Virus record (IMG/VR): IMGVR_UViG_2913147268_000002
Direction: 5' to 3' (one strand)
DNA: 48,006 nt
DNA from: a virus
Lineage: Duplodnaviria > Heunggongvirae > Uroviricota > Caudoviricetes
Made by a program: the position numbers and the translations under genes. Shown one piece after another: positions 17,720 to 27,085 of the stretch. Numbering within the stretch: position 1 is the first letter of the stretch; every line of letters starts with the position of its first letter. The notes under the pieces are model-generated. The model saw only the letters and a program-made list of their open reading frames with translations, did not search any database and was not told where the DNA came from.

Positions 17720-18556
17720 TTGGCGTCGCTGGTGGTGATGAAAAAAACACTAAGTGAGGCCACTGCGATGACAGTCCAAATATCTGCGGAATCCCTTTCT
17801 CCGCTACATCATAACCAACTTCCCGTCATCACTACTGAATTGCTTGCCAGTTTGTATGGCACGGAAGTAAATGGTATCCAGCAAAACTTCAAGCGCAACA
17901 TCGCCAGATTTGTCGTAGGAAAGCATTTTTTTAAGCTGGAAGGTAATGAATTACGCGACTTCAAAAACAGACTGACAGATAGTCAGTCAGTTGCTAAACA
18001 TACCCGATCCCTCATTCTCTGGACAGAACGCGGCGCAGCTCGCCATGCCAAAATGCTGGAAACAGAACAGGCCTGGGAAGTTTTCGAAAAGCTGGAAGAT
18101 TGTTATTTTAGCCAGCGTCCAGAGAGGCGGAGTACAACTACCGATGACCGTACTCCCTTGCGTGATGCCGTTAATATACTGGTCGGCAAGAAAGGCATGA
18201 TGTATCCCGATGCCTACACCATGATTCATCAACGCTTCGCCGTCTCTCACATAGAACAACTGTCACAGACGCAAATGTTAGAGGCGATTGAATACATCCA
18301 CTGCCTGCTACTCGATGAAAATCACCCAACCATTCCAGATTTTTCTTTTATCACCACTATCAAAAATGGAAAAGTGACCGGGATGCGCCATGTTGCCAAA
18401 GGCGAACATCTGATGACCTTTGACGCTTTCAAAGAGATCGCTGAGCGGGCAGGGTATCTGGTGATCCACAGCGACAATCTGCGAAGTATGACACTGGATA
18501 AATTGATGGTAATGGGGAAAAAGTCGGCTATATCCGTTGCTAATTCAGCATTTTGA
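17720..18556 (+). CDS. ORF6N-domain protein, putative antirepressor
   Basis: N-terminal region LPVITTELLASLYGTEVNGIQQNFKRNIARF...LILWTERGAARHAKMLETEQAWEVFEKLED resembles the ORF6N/KilA-N-related domain of phage antirepressors; start uncertain (17720, 17738 or 17768). Confidence 0.6.
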   Translation: MASLVVMKKTLSEATAMTVQISAESLSPLHHNQLPVITTELLASLYGTEVNGIQQNFKRNIARFVVGKHFFKLEGNELRDFKNRLTDSQSVAKHTRSLILWTERGAARHAKMLETEQAWEVFEKLEDCYFSQRPERRSTTTDDRTPLRDAVNILVGKKGMMYPDAYTMIHQRFAVSHIEQLSQTQMLEAIEYIHCLLLDENHPTIPDFSFITTIKNGKVTGMRHVAKGEHLMTFDAFKEIAERAGYLVIHSDNLRSMTLDKLMVMGKKSAISVANSAF

Positions 18557-18584
18557 CAGGTTGTTTGGGGCGGAAATACTCTAT

Positions 18585-18662
18585 TTGCGCTTAAAAAGGT
18601 ATTTGACCACGACCAGCACGAGACCGAATACCTCTGTCAAAGTACCGCCCATATAAAACAGT
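18585..18662. repeat. Direct repeat copy 1 (about 78 bp, about 90% identical to 22006-22084)
   Basis: On the minus strand encodes MGGTLTEVFGLVLVVVKYLFKRK plus stop, a duplicate of the 3' end of the gene at 22003-22608. Confidence 0.85.
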
Positions 18663-18683
18663 TACATATGCACTTGATGACTA

Positions 18684-18715
18684 AGCTGGCACCAGGTTAA
18701 CACCTGGCGCCAGCT
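18684..18715 (-). terminator. Hairpin downstream of the lipoprotein gene
   Basis: 14-bp inverted repeat AGCTGGCACCAGGT / ACCTGGCGCCAGCT (one mismatch), loop TAAC; no clear U-tract. Confidence 0.4.
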
Positions 18716-18730
18716 TGAAGGAGACTTCAG

Positions 18731-19654
18731 TTATTGGTTTCTGAGGAAAGCGATTCTTGAAAGGGTCATTTGCGTCTGGCAGTCGACCATTTTCTTGACT
18801 TCAGCATCTGTTCCCTGCATTGAAACTTTACCGCACATAGCATCCTTAGTTTTGATCCACTGACGCTGAGAAGGCAGCAAATCTTTTTTCTTCGCCGGGG
18901 TTAACTTGCTCCAGACGGTACTCAAATCAGAGTCGGCATTCGCAAATGCCATTCGGGACTGATCAAGGTTGTCAGCTTTTTGCGGCTGAAGTTGTGCCTG
19001 TCTCTCTATTTGCTTCTCCGCCTCATACTTAGCCTGTTCTTGCGCCCTGAGTTGCACCTGTTGTTCCGCTTCAATTTGACTCTGTTGGGCATCCTTAGCC
19101 TGCTGGATTTTCTGCTGCTCAACGATCGGGGTGATAATGGAAAGCGATGTCAGTAAAGCGGCGCCCACTGATATCGGATTATCAGTAGAGGTTTTTACAA
19201 AAACGTTTTTCTGATCGTCGGTCGCCTGCACGGTGTAGGTGATACGTTTTGAAAAGGCGTTTGCGTTGTTCTCCAAAAACAGGCTTTCCATTTGCTTATC
19301 GAGATTACGATTAAAATTCTTTCTGTAAGCATCTGAAAGCTGGACGTACTCGTTCGCAGATAGAGTCATCGTCACGGTCCCTTCACAAGTTTTCATTGTG
19401 CTGCCCGTGTCACTTGATGTTGTGGAGATCTCAGAGATGGCTAGTTTGATCTTGTCCAGTGTGCTTCGTTTGGTCTGATTAGTGACATCAGGGTATTTAT
19501 CGACCTGTTCAGAGAGTCCTTCATAAGCAGATTTTTTTAATAAATCCATGAGAGCTGACTGGGTTATTTCCGAAGAACAACCGATCTCATCTTTTTTGTT
19601 ATCACAGCCTGTAAGGGCAATGGCGAGTAAGAGTACTGAGTATTTTAATCTCAT
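18731..19654 (-). CDS. Lipoprotein with C-terminal DUF1311 (LprI-like) domain
   Basis: Signal peptide plus lipobox (LLLAIALTGC); Gln/Glu-rich coiled region; C-terminus PSQRQWIKTKDAMCG...QMTLSRIAFL resembles DUF1311; RBS AAAGGGA. Confidence 0.7.
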   Translation of the reverse strand: MRLKYSVLLLAIALTGCDNKKDEIGCSSEITQSALMDLLKKSAYEGLSEQVDKYPDVTNQTKRSTLDKIKLAISEISTTSSDTGSTMKTCEGTVTMTLSANEYVQLSDAYRKNFNRNLDKQMESLFLENNANAFSKRITYTVQATDDQKNVFVKTSTDNPISVGAALLTSLSIITPIVEQQKIQQAKDAQQSQIEAEQQVQLRAQEQAKYEAEKQIERQAQLQPQKADNLDQSRMAFANADSDLSTVWSKLTPAKKKDLLPSQRQWIKTKDAMCGKVSMQGTDAEVKKMVDCQTQMTLSRIAFLRNQ

Positions 19655-20841
19655 GAATTCCCTTTAGAGTAAGGATTGGTTTTTAAGACGCGGTCTGTAA
19701 TCAGTCCCGAGAGCTACAGTAAACAACGCTGAGCACTGAACGCATCACAGGTAAGGTAAAAGGTGATATCGGCAAAGGCTGTGAAACCTTTAATTCAACA
19801 GATGGGAACGGTATGCGCAGGATCCTGTAACGACGCTCCCAAAACCGGAAACCTGTAAGGCATGTTTTCGCTGCTGAACTTAATATACGAACCTGCACTA
19901 TCATGAACATATTTTATATCGTTATACCCCGAGTGATTGTGCCCGGCAATGGATAGTGTCCTGGAGGAACTATTTCTACTGTAAAAGGTAGATATTTAAT
20001 TTCAGTTTTGAATTATTCCCTGCTGTTAATAACAATGGCTGTATATGGCACCGAGTAGGCATTTTTTCGCTTACTGAAGGGCAGCTGTGAGCGAGGAACA
20101 GACTTTCCCTACTTCGTTGAGAGTACACCTAGTACAATCAAGGCTAAATGATAAAAATATACAAAATATCATATTTATGATATATATAATGGCATTAATC
20201 TTATTCTTGGATTACGTTGAAAGGGTAATATTATATTTGTGTAACATAGTTTAGATAACAATGCCGTTATGGGGGGGGAAAGACATTTCAACATATTAGC
20301 TTTGTATCTAACGCTCATGTAGATCTCGATTTTGAACTTAAAGAACAATTATTTTTTAGAGAGCAAGGTATTTTTGGGGAACAAAAACATAAAGTAATGG
20401 AGAGAGGAGAATGTATCAAAAAATCATCGATTTAATTTAGATTGTCCGTATAGTTGGGGGTAAGTCGAATCGCTGGGCTACATGGAATATTGTGTCAAGT
20501 AAAAATATATTTCAATCTTGCAATAACCGATTGTTGAAAATAATGTCAAATCTTAATGGTGAATGGGGAGAATATAATAAACATGAGTCGATATTATGCA
20601 AATGGATTTAAATATTTTATACCCGAAGACATAGGGTTTCGAGAGTTCGATGAGACTACTTTGAATGCTTTCGAATTTGCTGGCTAAAACATATAGGTTA
20701 TATCTTACATCTGTTTGTAATGGAGCGTAGATGCGACAAGCTACACCATAATAATCATATTATGATATATTGTTAAGTTGTTATGGCATTAAATAAAATT
20801 ATGTCATTTTGTTAACCAAGCAAGAATCAAAGGACTTTTAG

Positions 20842-21540
20842 ATGGGTACGGCATTAATTTCAAGCTTTATTAGTGGTGCAATAGCTATAATCTCTATTGC
20901 TATATCTACTTATAATCAGAATAGAATAAACAAGCTCAATGAATCACTGGATGTAAGGAGAAAACATCAGTACTATATTGAACCGTTAATTCGCTCAGCT
21001 TCAGACTTACAAAGCCGTATTTATAATATATTAGAATTGGGGTTCATTGAAGAGTTTTATCATAATGGGAATAAGCGCCAACAAGATTATGTTATCAACA
21101 ATACTGTTTTTCTTTTTTCCCAGTTTTTTGCATGGACAGAAGCTGCCCGCATAGACATTCAATACCTTAGCCTAGAAAAAAATAAAAAAATGAGGGAGTT
21201 TATTAGATTACAGAACAATATTAACTCATTAATCCAAACAGACGTCTTTGGTCAGTATTTTATGTTTTTCATAGGAGAGCAGAGAGCTATTGCAGAAAAG
21301 ATGCTGATATCAACAGATACTGGATTTGATTGCATAGGTTACGGCAGTTTCACAAAGGAAAATTGCTTTATCAATGAGCCATTTTTTTTAGATTTAAACA
21401 ATGAAGTGATAAATATGACAAGAGATATCGGAATTTATAAAGAAAGGCTAATCAGAATACAGCACGCGTTAATCGATTTAATTAATTTTCTTGATCCTGG
21501 CATGATTCGATTTGACGGAAAAAAATATGGAAAAATATAA
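20842..21540 (+). CDS. Membrane-anchored hypothetical protein (232 aa) in AT-rich cargo island
   Basis: N-terminal TM helix (TALISSFISGAIAIISIAISTY) followed by a soluble domain with no family I recognise; RBS AAAGGA; own downstream 12-bp-stem hairpin. Confidence 0.65.
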   Translation: MGTALISSFISGAIAIISIAISTYNQNRINKLNESLDVRRKHQYYIEPLIRSASDLQSRIYNILELGFIEEFYHNGNKRQQDYVINNTVFLFSQFFAWTEAARIDIQYLSLEKNKKMREFIRLQNNINSLIQTDVFGQYFMFFIGEQRAIAEKMLISTDTGFDCIGYGSFTKENCFINEPFFLDLNNEVINMTRDIGIYKERLIRIQHALIDLINFLDPGMIRFDGKKYGKI

Positions 21541-21724
21541 CCCAGATGATTCGTATCAAGGTAAGTTGCTATATGTATCAATTTAATTATGGTTGGGTGA
21601 AATTTATGTTAATAGTAGCGGAGGGTTAGTTAAAATATGCTCTCAGTGATTTTTGGATAGTTCTTTTATTTATCATTGAAAGTAAATATGTATAGCTTCA
21701 AGATTTACAAGTGAATCTGTTTAT

Positions 21725-21758
21725 TGACAGTCCGCTTATGGCACAGAGCGGACTGTCA
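21725..21758 (+). terminator. Terminator-like hairpin after the 232-aa gene
   Basis: Perfect 12-bp stem TGACAGTCCGCT / AGCGGACTGTCA with a 10-nt loop, followed by T/A-rich sequence. Confidence 0.5.
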
Positions 21759-21956
21759 TATTAAATTTGGCTCCACGCCATAGATGTGTCAGCTCATATC
21801 TTATCTAATACACACAATAACTTTCTCATTCTTGGAGAATTATTTTTTTAAGGGTAGGTGTTGACGTTAGAGCAAAAGAATGGTGATTTTTTTGATGTGT
21901 ATTACGTTGGAACTGATGGGAATAACTATCTGTTTTCAACGCACTGCTAATTTATC

Positions 21957-21978
21957 AAGGCCCTTTGATCAGGGCCTT
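21957..21978 (-). terminator. Hairpin downstream of the gene at 22003-22608
   Basis: AAGGCCCT-TTGATC-AGGGCCTT; no U-tract. Confidence 0.35.
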
Positions 21979-22002
21979 CGAAAGACTGTTGGACCGAGAG
22001 AG

Positions 22003-22608
22003 TTACTTGCGTTTAAAAAGGTATTTTGTCACGACCAGCACGAGGCCGAATACCTCTGTCAAAGTACCGCCCATGTACAACTGTAGTGTTAAATCCTCAA
22101 ATTCCAGCTTACCTGCGCCGTCGGCAATAAATACACCATTCATTATCAGAAGTTGGAAAGCAAGGATAATCAGGAACCATTTCCCGTATCGTTTTTTTAG
22201 AGCGATTTCTGCTTCAAAATCTTTGTTGTTGAGTTGTTTGCGCTCATGCTCGGTATCAAGTGAATTCACCTGTTTCACAGATGTGAACTCGGTCAAGATT
22301 TTACTCTCAGTACGGGTGACTTGTTGAGAGGGTGTAGCAGTTGGAATTCTTTTGCTAGACGCAGCTACAGCCATTTTGCGAGCTTCGGCAGCTCTTTTTC
22401 TGGCTATTCCGCGAATACGGACAGCCGTTTTTTTGGGGGCGTGCGAAACCTTTGGCTGAGGTGAAGCTTCGTCAGGAGACTGAACCGGAGTTTCATCGTC
22501 CTCCGGCTCAACCTCTTCTGCTAACTGACGGTGTAGGTTGAGGGAATCCTTCAGTCTGCGTGCTACTTCCTGTTTGAAACGGCTGTTAAAATCGTCATCC
22601 GATGGCAT
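22003..22608 (-). CDS. Membrane protein (201 aa), charged N-terminal region and two C-terminal hydrophobic helices
   Basis: WFLIILAFQLLIMNGVFIA and GGTLTEVFGLVLVVTKYLF; starts 10 nt after the ImmA-like stop, so probably co-transcribed. Confidence 0.6.
   Translation of the reverse strand: MPSDDDFNSRFKQEVARRLKDSLNLHRQLAEEVEPEDDETPVQSPDEASPQPKVSHAPKKTAVRIRGIARKRAAEARKMAVAASSKRIPTATPSQQVTRTESKILTEFTSVKQVNSLDTEHERKQLNNKDFEAEIALKKRYGKWFLIILAFQLLIMNGVFIADGAGKLEFEDLTLQLYMGGTLTEVFGLVLVVTKYLFKRK
22006..22084. repeat. Direct repeat copy 2
   Basis: Matches 18585-18662; here it is the genuine 3' end of the 201-aa gene. Confidence 0.85.
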
Positions 22609-22617
22609 TTTAAAGCG

Positions 22618-23106
22618 TTACCCCAACCTCAAGTTCTTTAAACGATAAGTCATCGCATCGTCAGATACGCCAAAATAATGCGCCATTATATAACTTGGTT
22701 GACCGTCAGCGTGCAGTTTTCTGACCTCATCTACCGGCATCAGAAGTTCTGCTGCGAACTTGTTTGCAAAAATTTCATCAGGATGCGTTCCGGCGCTTGC
22801 GGTTTCGCCACGTAAATCAACGTACTCATATTCATCGCTATGCGATGCTTGCCGGGCGATGTAATGCCCCAACTCATGCCCACATGAAAAACGTTGACGA
22901 ACTTTGTTGTCATCACTGTTTAGAAAGATCGCTGGATCTTGATCTTTTTGTTTAATCAGTGCGCCAGAAACTTTCCCAGGAAGATCGGTAATAAAAACAT
23001 CTAATCCCATGTCGTGAGCAATTTTCGCTGGATCAACAGGGAAACCACGCCCGCACCAGAACGTGTCCAGCACTCGCCGGGCGTGCTCTCTTGGGTTGGT
23101 AGCCAT
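22618..23106 (-). CDS. ImmA/IrrE-family zinc metallopeptidase (COG2856-like)
   Basis: HEXXH in FSCGHELGHYI and downstream EIFANKFAAELLMP motif; strong RBS GGAGGA. Confidence 0.8.
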   Translation of the reverse strand: MATNPREHARRVLDTFWCGRGFPVDPAKIAHDMGLDVFITDLPGKVSGALIKQKDQDPAIFLNSDDNKVRQRFSCGHELGHYIARQASHSDEYEYVDLRGETASAGTHPDEIFANKFAAELLMPVDEVRKLHADGQPSYIMAHYFGVSDDAMTYRLKNLRLG

Positions 23107-23504
23107 AGCTCCTCCAGTTACTGCATTACGATTATTGGTTGAAATATAGACAGCATGTTCCGTACCACATTCCTGTAAAAGTGCAAATTCTGCACTTCTG
23201 GTACGATATTAACTGTTAGTAGTAAAGTCTTCCAGATAAATCACTTTAAAATCTTGTGAATTGCTTGCTTTTTACGCTGTATTGTGGATGGTTCAATGTT
23301 TCCAGTAAAAACATACATGATAATCATGAGTTTAGTGTTTTTTTAGGCGTCTATATGTTTCTGGAAAATACAGGTCTAACCTGATCTTATCGTTGAGATT
23401 TTTTGTACTCAGTATGCGTGAACGATTCGACCAGGTGACTGTGTACGTGAAGAAGACCGCCCTTAATATTTTAAATGTGCAACCCCTCAGAAGAGGGGCT
23501 ACTC

Positions 23505-23738
23505 TCACTTCTGCAGTATCTCGCCAATACCTGCCAGATTCTCGTCCATCTTGTCACCGTTTTCGATAAGGATGGAGTTGAGCCGATTCAGTTGCATAGC
23601 AATTTCAAGTTTGATTAAGGTATCCACCGATACACCAGTTTCTTTTGCTAACTTAGTAAGAGCCGCAGCTCGATTGGCTAAATTAAAATCATCGAACTCA
23701 TAACGACTTCTGCACGGCTGGTTGCCTAACGTACCCAT
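23505..23738 (-). CDS. Hypothetical protein (77 aa)
   Basis: ORF with a downstream hairpin (CCCCTC-AGAA-GAGGGG); possible HTH-like segment, unverified. Confidence 0.4.
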   Translation of the reverse strand: MGTLGNQPCRSRYEFDDFNLANRAAALTKLAKETGVSVDTLIKLEIAMQLNRLNSILIENGDKMDENLAGIGEILQK

Positions 23739-23981
23739 AGTGATTCCTCATGATATAAAGACCCAACAATATAAATTACCAGGCACATCATAAGATAGGG
23801 TTCCAGCCCATATTTTCAAATATTTGCAAGTATCACCGTTCAGTCTAAAAAGTTGGATGATGATTTAACGAGCCATAACAAAACCCTGCCTCGGAGGTTT
23901 TTTCTTTTTTATAGAACTCAGCGGCGTGAAAACGAATAATAAATTGTGCAAATAGTGCAGTTTTTATTATTCGAGGTAATT

Positions 23982-24623
23982 ATGAAAACCTTCTATGAGG
24001 ACTGGCCTGAAACTTTCGTTAGCCGGTTAGATATGTTACGGGCGTTGGATGATCGCGGTTCGACCCGGAGGCTCTATCTTGAACGGACCGGGGCAATATT
24101 TGACGCTCTGGCAGAAGAGATACGTACAGTCGTTGCCGGGCATCCTGAAATCGACGTGAGTGAACTTGATATCGGGCCGCTGTATCGCTATTACAAACGT
24201 GGAGAAAAGGGGAATCCGCTGGCTGACTTACTTATTGAGTTGGCTCCACCAACTTGTGAACGGGTTCGTATATCTCCTGAAGTGTACATAATCCCGTATC
24301 TGTTTTTTGCACTGTTGATAGCGCAAGGCGCTGACAACGATGCCCGCGATTTTTTCAATATGATGATGCGACCGTTAATCATCGCCTACCGTTTCAAACA
24401 ACTGGCGCGATACCTGGGAACAAAGGGCGGAGGACGACCACAGCACAGATTAAAAAGCGAAGCCATTGAACTGGCTGATCGTTTTTTTACTGAAAACCCG
24501 ACAGCGCCATTATCGCGTGGCGTGCAATACATATCCGGTATTTTTGTGGCGAAATACTCTGACCCACCTGCAGCGTCGACGATTAGAAAATGGTTAATTC
24601 CAATTTACAGGAGTGATAAATAA
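23982..24623 (+). CDS. Hypothetical protein (about 213 aa)
   Basis: ATG at 23982 preceded by GAGGT; no recognisable domain. Confidence 0.5.
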   Translation: MKTFYEDWPETFVSRLDMLRALDDRGSTRRLYLERTGAIFDALAEEIRTVVAGHPEIDVSELDIGPLYRYYKRGEKGNPLADLLIELAPPTCERVRISPEVYIIPYLFFALLIAQGADNDARDFFNMMMRPLIIAYRFKQLARYLGTKGGGRPQHRLKSEAIELADRFFTENPTAPLSRGVQYISGIFVAKYSDPPAASTIRKWLIPIYRSDK

Positions 24624-24774
24624 TGACCATAAACGGTTTAATCCCCTATAAAACCGTTTAATAAAATTCACGACGTGAATATAATTGTTCATTATTCCCT
24701 CATTGTATTTGGCGTTATGACAAATGCCATAAAATACTGTATAAATATACAGGTTGTGGCATTGGGGGGAAGAC

Positions 24775-24954
24775 ATGAATATTCAAGAATCTATAGGCGA
24801 ACTACCGGAAACATGCCGGGCTGTTATCAAGCGTAAGGACGGACACATCGTTGGTGTGCGTGTTCTGACCGATGATGAGCGGATTGCCAGCCTGATGGCG
24901 TTTCTCGAGTTGGCAGAAATAGCTGGATATACTATTACACCCCCTGACGCGTAA
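24775..24954 (+). CDS. Hypothetical protein (about 59 aa)
   Basis: ATG at 24775 preceded by a G-rich RBS. Confidence 0.35.
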   Translation: MNIQESIGELPETCRAVIKRKDGHIVGVRVLTDDERIASLMAFLELAEIAGYTITPPDA

Positions 24955-25031
24955 AACACGGTATAATATCGGTGCTGGATTGAACACCCGGCATCATTTT
25001 CTGAACACTGCCGCGCCACCTGGAGTTAACC

Positions 25032-25628
25032 ATGGCGCAGCATTCATTTATCAGGGTATCCGGCGGTTCGCTAATACCCGCGACACCAGACACGCAACGC
25101 TGGTTGACTGAACGAGTCAAACCAGGTGCTGTTGTGTATGCAGATTTCAAACAGGCGCGTAATCCCGCGTTTCATCGTAAATTTTTCTCACTTCTCAACC
25201 TGGGCTTTGATTACTGGCATCCGTCCGGAGGGGCTATTTCTCCTGCGGAGCGCGAACTGGTTCACGGCTACGTTAAGTTACTGGCGTATTACGGTGGACA
25301 CGGTGATGTCATGGCAGAGCTGGCTGATCAGTATCTTCTCGATGAGTCGGAAAAGCGCGCGGGGAGTATCAGTGCGGTGAAGTCGTTCGAGGCGTTTCGC
25401 GCATGGGCGATTATGGAAGCTGGGTTTTATGACGTTCATCAGATGCCAGACGGCAGTTTGATGCGCGTACCTCGTTCAATCTCGTTTGCAGCGATGGACG
25501 ATCTTGAGTTCGGTCAACTGTATTCAGCCGTTTTAGATGTGCTGTGGAATTATATTTTGTTCCGCACATTTGCCTCTCAGGAGGCCGCTGAAAATGCCGC
25601 CGCGCAGCTGCTGGATTACACATCATGA
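25032..25628 (+). CDS. Conserved lambdoid nin-region protein (DUF1367-like)
   Basis: 198 aa; resembles proteins found upstream of Q in lambdoid prophages; recalled, not searched. Confidence 0.55.
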   Translation: MAQHSFIRVSGGSLIPATPDTQRWLTERVKPGAVVYADFKQARNPAFHRKFFSLLNLGFDYWHPSGGAISPAERELVHGYVKLLAYYGGHGDVMAELADQYLLDESEKRAGSISAVKSFEAFRAWAIMEAGFYDVHQMPDGSLMRVPRSISFAAMDDLEFGQLYSAVLDVLWNYILFRTFASQEAAENAAAQLLDYTS

Positions 25629-25918
25629 AAAAAATCGACCTGAGAAAAGCTGCACGCAGTCGCGCTTGTACTGTGCGTATCCCCGGTGTGTGCAATCACA
25701 ATCCTGAAACCAGCGTACTGGCTCATTATCGTCTCGCCGGAACGTGCGGCACAGCCATCAAACCTCACGATATGCAGGGCGCTATCGCCTGCAGTGCGTG
25801 TCACGATGCCATCGACGGACGTACAAAAACGGATTACGAGCACGACTCATTGTTGTTGATGCACGCTGAGGGAGTTTTCAGAACACTGGCTATCTGGCGC
25901 GATGAGGAGTTTATCTGA
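25625..25918 (+). CDS. Cys-rich small protein (DUF1364-like)
   Basis: 97 aa with Cys/His cluster (CTVRIPGVCNHNPE...CSACHDAIDG); ATGA overlap with neighbours. Confidence 0.5.
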   Translation: MKKIDLRKAARSRACTVRIPGVCNHNPETSVLAHYRLAGTCGTAIKPHDMQGAIACSACHDAIDGRTKTDYEHDSLLLMHAEGVFRTLAIWRDEEFI

Positions 25919-26589
25919 TGAGTAACGAGTATTTATTGGAATATACCCGCATAAAACTGCGCGCTGCATTGCGGGATTTGTCTGGTGGTTCTAAGGGGCA
26001 ACTGGAAGCATTGTGTGAGCACCCACCGGCAGACAAAAACGCATACCCACGCAAACATATTCACCGTGTGCAGCTGGAGGACCGGACCGTTGATGCTCTG
26101 GTTACGCCAGTTTACGCTCTGGAAAGTTTCAGCAGACGTCGCCCCGCGCCGCCGATGAGTGATTTTGAATTTGCTGATTCATCCTGGCGGCGTTCTGTGA
26201 ACTCGCTGGATGCAAGTCAGCAAGCGTGGTTGCGTTATTGCTACGGTGGTAACCTGGCATTCAAACACCAAACAGCTATTTGTGAGGCTGTCTGGAGTCG
26301 CTATAAAGGAAACATCCCCGCGTCAACTCAGAGAAAAGTAGTTAAGCGCCTGCTTTCGTTGGTGTGGTTGTCCGTGCAGGCGGTCGCAGCAGCAAATAAA
26401 CGCGAGGATTTTAAGGAGATGGCCGGATCTACCCTAGCAGGAATGCTGTCGGTTTCTCGTTCCACCTGGTGCGAAACATACTCCCTGCACTGGGTAGGAA
26501 TGAAAGAGGCGGTGAGAGCACTTGATGAAGTGGCACTTCTTGCAACTTTGCATCATTATCAGAACCATTTAGACGACGTTTGCGTATAA
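25918..26589 (+). CDS. Putative late-gene regulator (antiterminator Q-like)
   Basis: 223 aa immediately upstream of the lysis cassette; assignment by position. Confidence 0.45.
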   Translation: MSNEYLLEYTRIKLRAALRDLSGGSKGQLEALCEHPPADKNAYPRKHIHRVQLEDRTVDALVTPVYALESFSRRRPAPPMSDFEFADSSWRRSVNSLDASQQAWLRYCYGGNLAFKHQTAICEAVWSRYKGNIPASTQRKVVKRLLSLVWLSVQAVAAANKREDFKEMAGSTLAGMLSVSRSTWCETYSLHWVGMKEAVRALDEVALLATLHHYQNHLDDVCV

Positions 26590-26701
26590 TGCTTGCAAAA
26601 ACGAACAAAATAGGCCATATTTGACGCTAATTTGGTATGTTGCCAAATTTCTAAGAACCTCGCCACGGCGGGGTTTTGTCGTTTCTGAATCAGGAAAAAT
26701 C

Positions 26702-27085
26702 ATGTCTGAACCTCTAACCGCTGGCGTTGCTGCTGGCTCGGCGGGGGTGACGTTTGCTGCGTTATTTCCTGAGGCAACACCTGCAGTGATGATCTGTGCG
26801 CTGGCAGGCGCAGCTCTCTATGTGTTGTCGTCCGGGCAGCATCGATTCTGGAAGCAGGTTATTTTCGCACTCATTTCGTTTGTTGGCGGTGTGTATTGCG
26901 CTGAGACAGCGTCAGCCATCATTACCGGTATTCTGAACGCGGTGCTGAGTCACCTGAACCCTCCCGTAACAGTAAAAGTCTCTCCCGCCATTGGTGCACT
27001 GGTTGCATCAGTAATCAGCGTTACATCACTGTTGCGGATCATGTCACAAGCTCGTTTATGGAAATCAGATAAGGGGATGAAATAA
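26702..27085 (+). CDS. Putative holin (multi-TM membrane protein)
   Basis: Several hydrophobic helices, start at ATG 26702 with RBS AGGA; first gene of the lysis cassette. Confidence 0.55.
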   Translation: MSEPLTAGVAAGSAGVTFAALFPEATPAVMICALAGAALYVLSSGQHRFWKQVIFALISFVGGVYCAETASAIITGILNAVLSHLNPPVTVKVSPAIGALVASVISVTSLLRIMSQARLWKSDKGMK

